A stretch of DNA of 64,000 nt from the NCBI GenBank assembly GCA_965214975.1, contig OZ244055.1, forward strand, positions 3,239,448 to 3,303,447, read 5' to 3'. The stretch is from Alphaproteobacteria bacterium (GTDB lineage: Bacteria > Pseudomonadota > Alphaproteobacteria > MPNO01 > UBA830). The translations under genes and the position numbers were made by a program. The notes below the pieces were generated by a model that made no database searches, was not told where the DNA came from, and saw only the letters and a program-made list of their open reading frames with translations. Positions 1 to 9,089 of this stretch are shown piece after piece (the stretch's first letter is position 1; the number at the start of each line of letters is the position of its first letter).

Positions 1-1024
1 TCAGGCGGTTGAACTCCGATCCCAGCCCGTCCTCCGGCCCGATGTGGATCCCGACCGTCAGCGGCAGCCGCCCGATGCCCTCGATCGCCTTGTACAGAAA
101 GACGTGCCGTTCGCCGTCGACCATCGCCATGTGGCCCGCGACTCCGCCGCCGAACTCGGTTGCCATCTCCTCGCGGACGTCCCTGTCCCGCAGCCGGGCG
201 AGGACCGGGTCGCCGACCTCGTCGAGCGCCGGCAGCGGGATGTCGGCATTCCTCCGGTAGCCGCCCTCGGTCATGTGGCGGTGCGCCAGCACGTGCTTCC
301 CGCCGTAGAGAACGAAGCGCTTGCCGGCCCGCGCCAGCCCGTCGGAGCGGGCGATTTCCCGCGACAGCTGTTCCGCGCTGACCGTCGACAGCAGAACCCC
401 CTGGAACTGGTCCCCCTTGCGCACGGTCGTGCGGACCAGCAGCATCGTCCGCCGGGCTTCCCGGATCCACACCGGCCCGACCCAGACGGCTCTCGACGAC
501 GGTTCCCGCTGCGCCGCTTCCAGAATCCGCGCACCCGGCGTCCGGCTCGCGTCCGCGCCGGATGCCGGTGGCCGTTTCCCGGTTTCCGGAAACTGCGGGC
601 GCCCGGCGTCCTCCGGTTCGGCGTAGGCGCCGCGGCCCCGGCGGACGCGAAGGAAGCGGCCGTCGCGGTGGACGAACGCCATGCCGAAGACCTGGCGGGT
701 TCCGGCCGCGGCGGTGAGCAGCGCGTCTTCCAGCCGGTCCCTGTCCTCCACGTCGAGCTGTCCGGAATCGATCAGGCCGGTCACGTAGCGGTTGATCTCC
801 TCCACCGGCTCGAGGTGGCGCTTCACGCCGGCGCCGAGCGACTGGACCGCGAAACGCCCGTTGGCGGCGAGCAGCGACAGGGTGGTCTCGCGCGCGGTCC
901 ACAGCGAGATCCCCTGGACCGCCCCCATGCCGAACAGCAGCAGCGCCCCGAAGCCGAGCGCCAGAACGGCGGTGATCGGGACGGTGCGGCGCCGGCCGGC
1001 GTCACTTGCTGCGGTCGGGGACAA
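1..1024 (-). CDS. Hypothetical membrane-anchored protein, N-terminal ~340 aa; the C-terminus lies beyond the window start.
   Basis: By hand translation the minus-strand frame is open from position 1 to a stop at 1076-1078, and this edge-truncated ORF is absent from the track. The N-terminus reads RRRTVPITAVLALGFGALLLFGMGAVQGISLW, i.e. positive charges then a TM helix. A TTG at 1024 is the likely start. It overlaps the stop of the upstream peptidase gene by about 20 nt. No confident domain assignment. Confidence 0.5.
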   Translation of the reverse strand, partial: MSPTAASDAGRRRTVPITAVLALGFGALLLFGMGAVQGISLWTARETTLSLLAANGRFAVQSLGAGVKRHLEPVEEINRYVTGLIDSGQLDVEDRDRLEDALLTAAAGTRQVFGMAFVHRDGRFLRVRRGRGAYAEPEDAGRPQFPETGKRPPASGADASRTPGARILEAAQREPSSRAVWVGPVWIREARRTMLLVRTTVRKGDQFQGVLLSTVSAEQLSREIARSDGLARAGKRFVLYGGKHVLAHRHMTEGGYRRNADIPLPALDEVGDPVLARLRDRDVREEMATEFGGGVAGHMAMVDGERHVFLYKAIEGIGRLPLTVGIHIGPEDGLGSEFNRL

Positions 1025-2516
1025 CGAGCTTGACCTTGGTGCCGGGCTGCAGGCGGGCGTTCGGGTCGAGCCCGTTCAGCACGGCAAGGAGTTCCGCGGC
1101 ATGGTCGGCGCGGGGCATGCGGCGGGCGAGGCTCCGGACGGTGTCCCCGTCGCGGACGGTGACGACCTCGAGCCGGTTCGGGCCGAGGCGGGCCGCCTCC
1201 GCCGCCGACAGCGTCCGAAAGCTCCGCAGGGTCCGTTCCGCCTCGCCGGCGATCGCGCGCATCCCGCCCGGAGGCGTGACGATCATGATGCGGAAGATCC
1301 GTCCGTCGGTCCCGCGGTAGGCGGCGAGCCGGGCGTCGACGGCACCGTTCCCGGAGCGCAGCCGGGCATCCGCGAACGCCGCCTCGAGCCCGTTGACCGT
1401 GTCCGGCTGCACGCTGGCGCTGCCGAGCCGGCCGAACCATCGCGAGCGCACGTACTGCGCCATGGTTCCCCGGTAGGGCTTCGGTTCGAGATCGAGCACG
1501 AGGCGGGCGTCGCCGGGGCCGAAGGCGGCGACGGCGTCCGGCGAGTTGAAGACGCTGAACCCGGGCGGCAGGCGGAAGCCGAACCGCATCGTCGGATGAA
1601 GGAAATCCCGCCCGCGCACGTAGCCCTGCTCGCGGCTGCCGCCGAACGTGATCCCCGAGATCTTCGAGAGGTAGACATCCGCGCCCGCGATCGGATCGGG
1701 CACGTTCGCCGCCCGCGCGATCCGTTCCGCCCGCCGGACGCGTTCGAGCGGCGCCGGGTGCGTCGCGAGGTAGTCGAACCGGTCGATCCGGTCCGGCGAA
1801 GCGCCCCGCATCCTGGCCTGCAGGCGCGACCAGTCCCTGATCTTGCCGAGAAACCGGGCCATGGCGCCGGGGTCGTAGCCGGACCGGGCAAGATAGCGGA
1901 TTCCGAGCTCGTCCGATTCATGCTCGTGCTCGCGGGAGAACGAGCGCAGCACGCCGAGAGCGCCCTTGCCGGCGAGGTCGTCGAGCAGGCGCTGGCCCGA
2001 CGGGTCGAGTCGGCCCCTGCTCGCCAGATGCGCGCCGAGTGCCTGTCCCAGGGCGGCCCCGACGGTCGCGACCAGGGTCTGGCCGTGCTGGCGGGCGCCG
2101 TGGCGGGCGGTGACGTGCCCGATCTCGTGGGCCAGCACCGCGGCGAGTTCCGCCTCGTTTCCGGCGAGCGCCAGCAGCCCGCGGGTGACGTAGACGTAAC
2201 CGCCCGGAACGGCGAAGGCGTTGACCTTGTCGCTGTCGAGAACGGTGAAGGAGAACCCGAGGGCGGGAAGTTCCGAGGTGCTGGCGAGAAGCCGGCCGAT
2301 GCTGGCGACGTAGCGCCGGAGTTCGGGGGAGCCGTACTCGCCGCCGAAGGCCTTGACGATCCCGGGGTGGTTGTCCGCGCCGATGCGGGCTTCCTGCCGC
2401 GGCGTCATGCCGCCGGTGAAGATCGTCGAGCCGGTCGCCGGGCTGGTGGCGCAACCCGCGAGCTGCAGTCCGGAGGCCAGCAGAAGCAGCGGCATCGCGA
2501 GTGCGGGAGGTTTCAT
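1002..2516 (-). CDS. M48 family zinc metallopeptidase with a C-terminal LysM domain; predicted lipoprotein.
   Basis: Track ORF 1002..2567. It carries the HEIGH zinc-binding motif (AVLAHEIGHVTARH) and a LysM-like C-terminus (VVTVRDGDTVRSLARRM...LNGLDPNARLQPGTKV). The start was moved to the ATG at 2516 (MKPPALAMPLLLLASGLQLAGC, a lipobox LAGC); the exact start is uncertain. Confidence 0.8.
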   Translation of the reverse strand: MKPPALAMPLLLLASGLQLAGCATSPATGSTIFTGGMTPRQEARIGADNHPGIVKAFGGEYGSPELRRYVASIGRLLASTSELPALGFSFTVLDSDKVNAFAVPGGYVYVTRGLLALAGNEAELAAVLAHEIGHVTARHGARQHGQTLVATVGAALGQALGAHLASRGRLDPSGQRLLDDLAGKGALGVLRSFSREHEHESDELGIRYLARSGYDPGAMARFLGKIRDWSRLQARMRGASPDRIDRFDYLATHPAPLERVRRAERIARAANVPDPIAGADVYLSKISGITFGGSREQGYVRGRDFLHPTMRFGFRLPPGFSVFNSPDAVAAFGPGDARLVLDLEPKPYRGTMAQYVRSRWFGRLGSASVQPDTVNGLEAAFADARLRSGNGAVDARLAAYRGTDGRIFRIMIVTPPGGMRAIAGEAERTLRSFRTLSAAEAARLGPNRLEVVTVRDGDTVRSLARRMPRADHAAELLAVLNGLDPNARLQPGTKVKLVVPDRSK

Positions 2517-2694
2517 GGAAGCCCGTCCGTTCGTCGGCATCGTCCTGCAGGGTGCGGAGGTTGTCAAACTCCGCGGCGGGCCGCCCGCGGGCCGGAGCGG
2601 CGGATTCCGCGGGCCGGCCCCCGGCGCCGGTGCTATACTGCGCGGCGTTCGGGGCCGCGCCCCCGGGCGGGGCGGACCGGGAAGAGGGAGCGCG

Positions 2695-3645
2695 TTGATC
2701 CGAGAAAACCTGTTTCCCCAGATCGACCCCTACGCCTCCGGCCTGCTTCGCGTCGATTTCGTCCACGAGATCTACTGGGAGCAGTCGGGCCGTCCGGACG
2801 GCCCGCCGGTGCTGTTCCTGCACGGCGGCCCGGGCGCCGGGGCGATGCCGGTGCAGCGGCGGTTCTTCGATCCCGGGGCTTGGCGCATCGTGGTCTTCGA
2901 CCAGCGCGGGGCCGGCCGGTCGCGGCCGCGCGGCGAGCTGGAGCGCAACACGACGGCGCATCTCGTGGAGGACATCGAGCGGCTTCGCGCGTTCCTCGGG
3001 ATCGACCGGTTCGTTCTCTTCGGCGGCTCCTGGGGCAGCACGCTCGCGCTCGTCTACGCCCAGGCGTTTCCGGAGAACTGCCTCGCCCTGGTGCTGCGCG
3101 GCGTGTTTCTCGGAACCGCCGGGGAGGTCGACTGGTTTCTCCACGGCCTTCGCAGGGTGTTCCCCGAGGCTTGGAACGACTTCGTGTCGGCGCTTCCCGA
3201 GGGCGAGCGGAAGGACGTTCTCGGCTCCTTTCACCGGCGCCTTCTCGATCCCTCCACCTGTCCCGCCGCGGCGCGCGCCTGGAGCCGGTACGAGAGTTCC
3301 TGCTCGACGCTGCTGTCGAGCCCGCGGACCGCCGAGGCTTTCGGGGAGGGCGGCCCGGCCTGCGCGCTCGCGCGCATCGAGGCGCATTATTTCGTCAACC
3401 GCTGCTTCCTGGCGGACGGCGAGCTGATGTCGAAACTGGGCCGGATCGTCCATCTGCCCTGCACCATCGTGCAGGGGCGCTACGACATGATCTGCCCGAT
3501 GGCGACGGCCCACGGGCTGCACCTGGCCTGGCCGGGGTCCGAGCTGGTGGTGGTCCCCGACGCCGGGCACTCGGCGATGGATCCGGGAATCCGGGCGGCG
3601 CTGGTCCGCGCCGCCGAGAAACTGAAAACGGCTTTCGCCGCCTGA
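2695..3645 (+). CDS. pip: Proline iminopeptidase (prolyl aminopeptidase, S33 alpha/beta hydrolase).
   Basis: Hallmark motifs IYWEQSGRPDGPPVLFLHGGPGAG, RIVVFDQRGAGRS and GGSWGSTLAL. The start is a TTG at 2695, 4 nt after an AGGGAG Shine-Dalgarno. The track ORF from 2353 has a GC-rich low-complexity N-terminal extension, which I rejected. Confidence 0.85.
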   Translation: MIRENLFPQIDPYASGLLRVDFVHEIYWEQSGRPDGPPVLFLHGGPGAGAMPVQRRFFDPGAWRIVVFDQRGAGRSRPRGELERNTTAHLVEDIERLRAFLGIDRFVLFGGSWGSTLALVYAQAFPENCLALVLRGVFLGTAGEVDWFLHGLRRVFPEAWNDFVSALPEGERKDVLGSFHRRLLDPSTCPAAARAWSRYESSCSTLLSSPRTAEAFGEGGPACALARIEAHYFVNRCFLADGELMSKLGRIVHLPCTIVQGRYDMICPMATAHGLHLAWPGSELVVVPDAGHSAMDPGIRAALVRAAEKLKTAFAA

Positions 3646-3773
3646 CGCCATGGGGTACGATCCCGCCACCGGTGGGAGATCCCCGCTTCGGGCCAGTTTG
3701 CCGCAAGGTTGTCGCCGGACGCGTTTCCGGCGTCGACAAGCGGGGGCGACTCGCCTGAACAGGGAGACAGGAC

Positions 3774-4919
3774 ATGTCCATGCCCACGGAGAACGTCGGT
3801 TCGCTGCCGCGGCCGAGCCGTTTGCAGGCAGCATACGCCGATTACGACGCCGGAAAGATCACCCGCGGGGATCTGGAACGCGAACAGGACGCCGCCTGCC
3901 TGGATTCGATCAGGCGCATGGAGGAGACCGGCTCGCCGATGGTGACCGACGGCGAGCAGCGCGAGTCGAGTTTCGCGACCTATCCGTTGACCGACACGCT
4001 GGCCGGCACCGGGCTCGTCGACCATCTTGCGGGCGACGGCCAGTACTTCGCCATCTTCACCGACGGCCATCACCGGCAGCTGCCGCGCCTGACGGGCGGT
4101 CCGTTCCGGTACGGGACGTACGCCTCGGAATACGTCGAGAAGGCGGTGAAGATGGCGACGAAGCCGGTGAAGCAGGCCGTGATCGCCCCGTCGATGCTGG
4201 CGCTTCTCTATCCGCTCGACGACGAGGTGCCCGGCTATTCCCGCGAGGAGTTCCTGTCGGACGTGTGCGACGAGTGCGAGAAGGACATCCGGCGGTGTTT
4301 CGAGGCCGGCGCGGTCCGGGTTTCGGTGGACTTCACCGAAGGGCGGCTGGCCTGCCGGAACGATCCGAACAACCCGTGGACGGGTCGCGGCATGCTCGAT
4401 CACTTCATCGATCTCAACAACCGGGTCATCGATCGTTTCTCGGCGGAAGAGCGCAGGAACATCGGCATCCACACCTGCCCGGGCGGGGACTGCGATTCGA
4501 CCCACAGCGCCGACGTGGACTACGCGGAACTGCTGCCCGCCATGTTCCGGATCAACGCGGGATACTTCCTGATCCAGCTGGCGAGCGAGGCCGACAAGGA
4601 GAGGGTCTACCGGTTGATCGGGGAGCACAGCCGCGAGGACGCCGCCGGCATTCCGCAGGTCTGCTTCATCGGGGTGACGAATCCGCAGAATCCGAGGGTC
4701 GAGACGCCGGAAGAGATCCGCGACGACCTGGAGACGGCGGCCAACCACGTCCCGAAGGAGCGTCTGGGGTCGACCGACGACTGCGGCTTCTCGCCGTTCA
4801 GCATCGACGTCAAGCCGAAGCACGGCTCTCCCGACGCGGCGCGGGACATCGCGTTCCGGAAGATCGCGGCGCGCATCAAGGGGACCGAGATGGCGTCCGA
4901 GGCCCTCGGGCTGGCCTGA
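3774..4919 (+). CDS. Cobalamin-independent methionine synthase (MetE) C-terminal-domain-like protein; UROD/MetE-like methyltransferase family.
   Basis: 381 aa, beginning MSMPTENVGSLPRP. It has the Zn-binding-type residues of the family (HTCPGGDCDS). It is single-domain; the N-terminal folate-binding half of MetE is absent. Confidence 0.65.
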   Translation: MSMPTENVGSLPRPSRLQAAYADYDAGKITRGDLEREQDAACLDSIRRMEETGSPMVTDGEQRESSFATYPLTDTLAGTGLVDHLAGDGQYFAIFTDGHHRQLPRLTGGPFRYGTYASEYVEKAVKMATKPVKQAVIAPSMLALLYPLDDEVPGYSREEFLSDVCDECEKDIRRCFEAGAVRVSVDFTEGRLACRNDPNNPWTGRGMLDHFIDLNNRVIDRFSAEERRNIGIHTCPGGDCDSTHSADVDYAELLPAMFRINAGYFLIQLASEADKERVYRLIGEHSREDAAGIPQVCFIGVTNPQNPRVETPEEIRDDLETAANHVPKERLGSTDDCGFSPFSIDVKPKHGSPDAARDIAFRKIAARIKGTEMASEALGLA

Positions 4920-5027
4920 AGACGGTGACGCGCGCTCCGCCCCGGATCCTTCTGGCGCGGGGCGCGCGGCCGCGCCGGCGACGGGACTTCATGCGCGGAG
5001 GCTTTCCGCGTATAACCGGCCTGCGAT

Positions 5028-5104
5028 GGCCCCGTAGCTCAGTTGGATAGAGCGACGGATTCCTAATCCGTAGGTCGGGGGTTCGAATCCCTCCGGGGTC
5101 GCCA
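5028..5104 (+). tRNA. tRNA-Arg (anticodon CCU).
   Basis: 77 nt: GGCCCCGTAGCTCAGTTGGATAGAGCGACGGATTCCTAATCCGTAGGTCGGGGGTTCGAATCCCTCCGGGGTCGCCA. It folds as a cloverleaf with a 7-bp acceptor stem, D arm, anticodon stem ACGGA/TCCGT with loop TTCCTAA (anticodon CCT), T arm with TTCGAAT, and a 3' CCA. Confidence 0.9.
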
Positions 5105-5179
5105 GCCGTTCGCCGATGCCGCGCTCTCGGCCGGCATCGGGCGGCCCGGGTTCGATCCCGCAGCAGGAAGGGGTGAGGC

Positions 5180-5653
5180 ATGGCGCTCGCGACTTTCGGA
5201 GCCGGCTGTTTCTGGGGCGTCGAGGCGGCGTTCCGCAAGGTGGAAGGCGTGACGGCCACGTCGGTCGGCTACATGGGCGGCCATGTCGCCAACGTCGACT
5301 ACGGGATGGTGTGCACCGGGACGACGGGGCATGCCGAAGTGGTCCGGGTCGAGTTCGACCCGGACCGGGTGTCGTACCGGGAACTCCTGCGGACGTTCTG
5401 GACCTGCCACGATCCCACCCAGGTCAACCGGCAGGGGCCGGACGTCGGAACCCAGTACCGCACGGTCGTCTTTTTCCACGACGAGACGCAGAAGGCCGAG
5501 GCCGAGGCGTCGAGGAAGGCGCTGGAAGCCGATGGCCGCGCCATCGCCACGAAGGTCGAGGCCGCGTCCGACTACTGGATCGCGGAAGACTACCACCAGC
5601 AGTATTTCGAGAAGCGGGGCAGAGGCCGCGGCATCCTGGGGATGTTTCGGTAG
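5180..5653 (+). CDS. msrA: Peptide methionine sulfoxide reductase MsrA.
   Basis: 157 aa with the catalytic GCFWG motif (FGAGCFWGVEAAF). ATG start, TAG stop. Confidence 0.95.
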   Translation: MALATFGAGCFWGVEAAFRKVEGVTATSVGYMGGHVANVDYGMVCTGTTGHAEVVRVEFDPDRVSYRELLRTFWTCHDPTQVNRQGPDVGTQYRTVVFFHDETQKAEAEASRKALEADGRAIATKVEAASDYWIAEDYHQQYFEKRGRGRGILGMFR

Positions 5654-6178
5654 TTTCGGCGGAACCGGAATTGCGGGCTTTCCGTTCCTGTCCTGACGTT
5701 CGACCCCGTCCTGGGCCGGCGAGCGCTCTCGGCCGGAACGGTCGCGGGCCCCGGCCCGGACCTTGTCAGAACCATGCCCCGTTCCCGTGGTGACAGCGCC
5801 CCTCGCAGTCGAATTCCGCTTCATCCATGCGACTCGACGCGAAAAGGTCGAGCCGCTTGCAAGCCTCTTCCGCCGCCCGGCGAAACCGGACCCGGGCAGT
5901 TGCTCGCGAAGACCCGCAGCGCCGCCCGCCGGCCCGCCGTTGCGCGGATCCCGGCGGCACAGCCGTCGGCCCGCACCCGGAGTTCCCGGATCTTCCCGTC
6001 GAGACGCCTGACGCGCGGTGCGCGAAGAGTCTCGGGCCCCGACATTCTTCACCCTTCATCGTCTCCGGCAGCCCCGCCAACCGGGCGAGGCCGTCCGACC
6101 CGTCCTTTCCCGCCGGGGAGCGCCGGCGTTCGCGGCTCCGAGGGCCGTGCCGGCGGACGCGCGTTCCGCACGGCCCGT

Positions 6179-6928
6179 TCAGGCCCGGCCGGCCGTTTCC
6201 CGACGTGCCGCCCGTTCGGCAAGCCGCGCCGTCGACTTCGCGGTCTGGTTGTAGAGAAGCTCGCGCTCGGCGTCCTCCGGCGGCCCGCTCCGTCGGAGTT
6301 CCTTGCCGAGATCGACGGCCTTTCTGACGGCGGGACGTTCCTTGATCTCCCGGCGCCAGCGCGTGACGTTCGGGAAGCCGTCGAGCGGCTGGCCCATGGC
6401 ACCGGCGATCAGTATCCAGGGCCAGCTCGCCATGTCGGCGACGGTGTAGTCGTCGCCGACGAGATAGCGGCGGTCCGCCAGACGCCGTTCCAGCACGCCG
6501 ATGCAGCGGTTGTACTCGTTGCCGTAGCGGGTCTTCGAATAGGCCTCGTCGCCGGGCGCGTAGTTGACGAAATGGCTGAACTGCCCCGCCATCGGGCCCA
6601 GATTGCCGACCTGCCAGAACAGCCATTCCAGCGTCGCCGTGCGGCCCTCGGGATCCTCGGGCAGGAAGCGCCCCGTCTTGCGGGCGAGATGGAGAAGGAT
6701 CGCTCCCGACTCGAAGACCGGGAGCGGCTTCCTCTCGAACCCGGGCGGCGGATCGTGGTCGACGATGGCCGGCATCCGGTTGTTCGGGCTGATCGCGAGA
6801 AACTCCGGCGCGAACTGCTCGCCCTTGCCGATGTTCACGGGAACCGTGCGGTACGCGAGCCCGCACTCCTCGAGCATGATGCCGACCTTCCAGCCGTTCG
6901 GCGTCGGCCAGTAGTGGAAGTCGATCAT
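6179..6928 (-). CDS. Nu-class glutathione S-transferase (YfcG-like disulfide-bond oxidoreductase).
   Basis: 249 aa, MIDFHYWPTPNGWKV...FAPEFLAISPNNRMPAIVDHDP...ESGAILLHLA...WLFWQVGNLGPMAGQ, aligning closely with E. coli YfcG. The ATG at 6928 overlaps the upstream gene's stop by 4 nt (ATGA). The track fuses it into a 679-aa ORF. Confidence 0.85.
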   Translation of the reverse strand: MIDFHYWPTPNGWKVGIMLEECGLAYRTVPVNIGKGEQFAPEFLAISPNNRMPAIVDHDPPPGFERKPLPVFESGAILLHLARKTGRFLPEDPEGRTATLEWLFWQVGNLGPMAGQFSHFVNYAPGDEAYSKTRYGNEYNRCIGVLERRLADRRYLVGDDYTVADMASWPWILIAGAMGQPLDGFPNVTRWRREIKERPAVRKAVDLGKELRRSGPPEDAERELLYNQTAKSTARLAERAARRETAGRA

Positions 6929-8133
6929 GCCGCGGCTATTCCGTCCGACTCGGCCGCCGCGCCTCCGGCGATCAGTTCCGCGATCTCGGCCTCGGAGTAG
7001 CCGGCCTCCCCGAGGATCTCCCGCGTGTGCTCTCCGAGCGCCGGGCCGCCCCGTCGCGCCGAGGTCGGGGTCTCGGAGAACCGGGCCGCCGGCCGGGCCT
7101 GGCGGACGCGCCCGGCCGCGGGATGAACGGTCTCGATCACGGTTCCGTTCGCCACGGTCTGGGGATGGGCCATCGCTTCCCGGCGGGTCAGCACCGGCGC
7201 GCACGGAACGTCCTCCGCTTCCAGCCGTTCGAGCCAGTCCTCCGTGCCGCGGGCGCGGAGCGCCGCCTGCGTCAGCTCGAGGCGCTCGTTGATGTTGATC
7301 TGGCGCTTCGCCGCCGTGACGAACCGTTCGTCCTCGAGCAGGTCGGGCCGCCCGAGCGCGCGAGTCAGGCCGGCCCACTCCCTGTCGCTCTGGACGGCGA
7401 CGCTGATGTAGCCGTCGGCGGTTTCGTAGATCAGGTCGATGAAGCTCGCGGCCCGGGCCTGCGGAAACGGCTCGTCGGCGAAGGTTTGGGCGTTCATGTC
7501 GGATCCCCAGAGAAAGGCGAGGATCGCGTCGAGCATCGACAGTCGCACGTGCTGGCCCCGGCCGCTGCGCTCGCGCGCGAGCAGTCCGGCCGCGATCGCC
7601 TGGGCGGCCGCGAGTCCCGTGAGCTTGTCGGGAAGGATGGTGCGCACGAGCCGGGGCCGCTCGTCGTCCGAGCCGGCCTGGACGGTGGCGAGCCCGGACA
7701 GCGCCTGGACCAGCGGGTCGTAGACCGGCTTGGCCGCGTAGGGCCCCTCGAAGCCGAACCCGCTGATCGACACGTAGAGGATGTCCGGCGCGGTCCGGCG
7801 CACCGTCTCCTCGCCGATGCCCATGCGCTCGGCGACGCCCGGCCGGAAGTTCTGGACGAAGACGTCGGCGCCGGAGACGAGCCGCATCAGCGCCTCGATC
7901 CCCTCCTCGCGCTTGAGGTCGAGCGCGATGGAACGCTTGTTGCGGTTGTTGTTGAGGAAATTCGCCGAGAACCCGTTGCGCGTGTTGGCCGAGGCTCGGG
8001 TGTGGTCGCCGCCCGCGGGGTTCTCGACCTTGACGACGTCGGCCCCCTGGTCGGCGAGAAGCATGGTCGCCGACGGCCCCGAGACCATCGAGGTCACGTC
8101 GACGACGCGGAATCCTTCGAGCGGTCCGTGCAT
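6925..8133 (-). CDS. Family III CoA-transferase (CaiB/BaiF family).
   Basis: 402 aa from MHGPLEGFRVVDVTSMVSGPSATMLLADQGADVVKVE, the typical N-terminus of this family. It sits 5 nt downstream of the last permease gene. Confidence 0.85.
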   Translation of the reverse strand: MHGPLEGFRVVDVTSMVSGPSATMLLADQGADVVKVENPAGGDHTRASANTRNGFSANFLNNNRNKRSIALDLKREEGIEALMRLVSGADVFVQNFRPGVAERMGIGEETVRRTAPDILYVSISGFGFEGPYAAKPVYDPLVQALSGLATVQAGSDDERPRLVRTILPDKLTGLAAAQAIAAGLLARERSGRGQHVRLSMLDAILAFLWGSDMNAQTFADEPFPQARAASFIDLIYETADGYISVAVQSDREWAGLTRALGRPDLLEDERFVTAAKRQININERLELTQAALRARGTEDWLERLEAEDVPCAPVLTRREAMAHPQTVANGTVIETVHPAAGRVRQARPAARFSETPTSARRGGPALGEHTREILGEAGYSEAEIAELIAGGAAAESDGIAAA

Positions 8134-8138
8134 GGCCG

Positions 8139-9089
8139 TCAGCCCTTCCGCCTTGCGGCGTTCCCGCGGACGAGACGCGAAAGCGCACCGTAACGCGGCG
8201 CGCCCAGCATTGCCACAAGCTGGAACAGTCCGGCGACGACGGCGATCATGCCGGCGGCGCTCAGGGAATGCGGGCTGCCCCACAGCCCGGGACCGAAGGC
8301 CGCGAGGACGTATCCGGCCACCCCCGCGAGCGCCGCGAACCCGGCGCTCAGCCAGATCTGGCGCGAAAGCCGGTCGGTCAGCATGCGCGCGGTCGCCGGC
8401 GGGCAGATGAACATCGCGATGACGAGGATGGAACCCACCGCCTCGAAGGCGGCGACCGCCGCGAGCGCCGCGACGGCGACGATCGCGAACGAGATCGCGC
8501 GCACCGGCAGGCCGAGGGCGGCCGCCTGACCGGGGTCGAACGTCGAGAGACCGAGTTCCTTGAGGAACAGCGCGACGAGCAGGGCGATCGCCGCCGTCAC
8601 CGCGGCGACCACGACCAGCGGGCGCGGCAGTTCGGCGAGCGCGTCGAGGCGGATCAGATCGCTCCAGCTCCGCGCCGCGAGCCACAGCGCGGATTCGAGA
8701 TTGCCGTAAAGCGCGTGTTCCGCGTCGATGTGGACGTTTGCCGAGTCCGTCTGCTCGAGCAGCAGGATCCCGCAGGCGAACATGACGGTGAAGACCACGC
8801 CCATGGCCGCGCCGGCCTCGAGACGTCCGGCCCGCCGGACCACCTCGATGAGAACCGTGGCGACGACCGCGGCGACCGTCGCGCCGAGCAGCATCGGCAA
8901 CGGGGAAACGGTTCCCGCGATCAGGAAGCCGGCAACCATCCCCGGCAGCACCGAATGGGAGATGGCGTCCCCGAGCAACGCCTGGCGGCGCAGCACCAGG
9001 AAGTTCCCGAGAAGCGCGCAGCCGGTTCCGGCAAGGGCCGCGAGCGCCATCGCCGGAAGGTCGACGCCCAGGAAATCCGCCGCCGTCAC
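8139..9089 (-). CDS. Metal (Mn/Fe/Zn) chelate ABC transporter permease (SitD/TroD/MntD-like).
   Basis: Polytopic membrane protein paralogous to the upstream permease (…LLGDAISHSVLPGMVAGF… compared with …LVSDAISHATLPGVALGF…). The GTG at 9089 overlaps the upstream stop (GTGA). The track ORF extends artefactually to 9737. Confidence 0.8.
   Translation of the reverse strand: MTAADFLGVDLPAMALAALAGTGCALLGNFLVLRRQALLGDAISHSVLPGMVAGFLIAGTVSPLPMLLGATVAAVVATVLIEVVRRAGRLEAGAAMGVVFTVMFACGILLLEQTDSANVHIDAEHALYGNLESALWLAARSWSDLIRLDALAELPRPLVVVAAVTAAIALLVALFLKELGLSTFDPGQAAALGLPVRAISFAIVAVAALAAVAAFEAVGSILVIAMFICPPATARMLTDRLSRQIWLSAGFAALAGVAGYVLAAFGPGLWGSPHSLSAAGMIAVVAGLFQLVAMLGAPRYGALSRLVRGNAARRKG

Noticed and set aside
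44-1033. Long + strand ORF of 329 aa (and neighbours such as 792..3758 at 988 aa, 8268..11135 at 955 aa, 38341..42633 at 1430 aa, 57434..60409 at 991 aa).
   Set aside because: Their composition is Arg/Pro/Gly/Asp-rich with no motifs, typical of antisense frames in 70%-GC DNA. Each lies opposite a minus-strand gene with clear family signatures.
5028-6178. A tRNA-Arg gene as a possible genomic-island integration site.
   Set aside because: There is no integrase, no direct repeat of the tRNA 3' end, no mobile-element genes and no GC drop downstream. The next gene is housekeeping msrA, followed by 525 bp with no recognisable feature.
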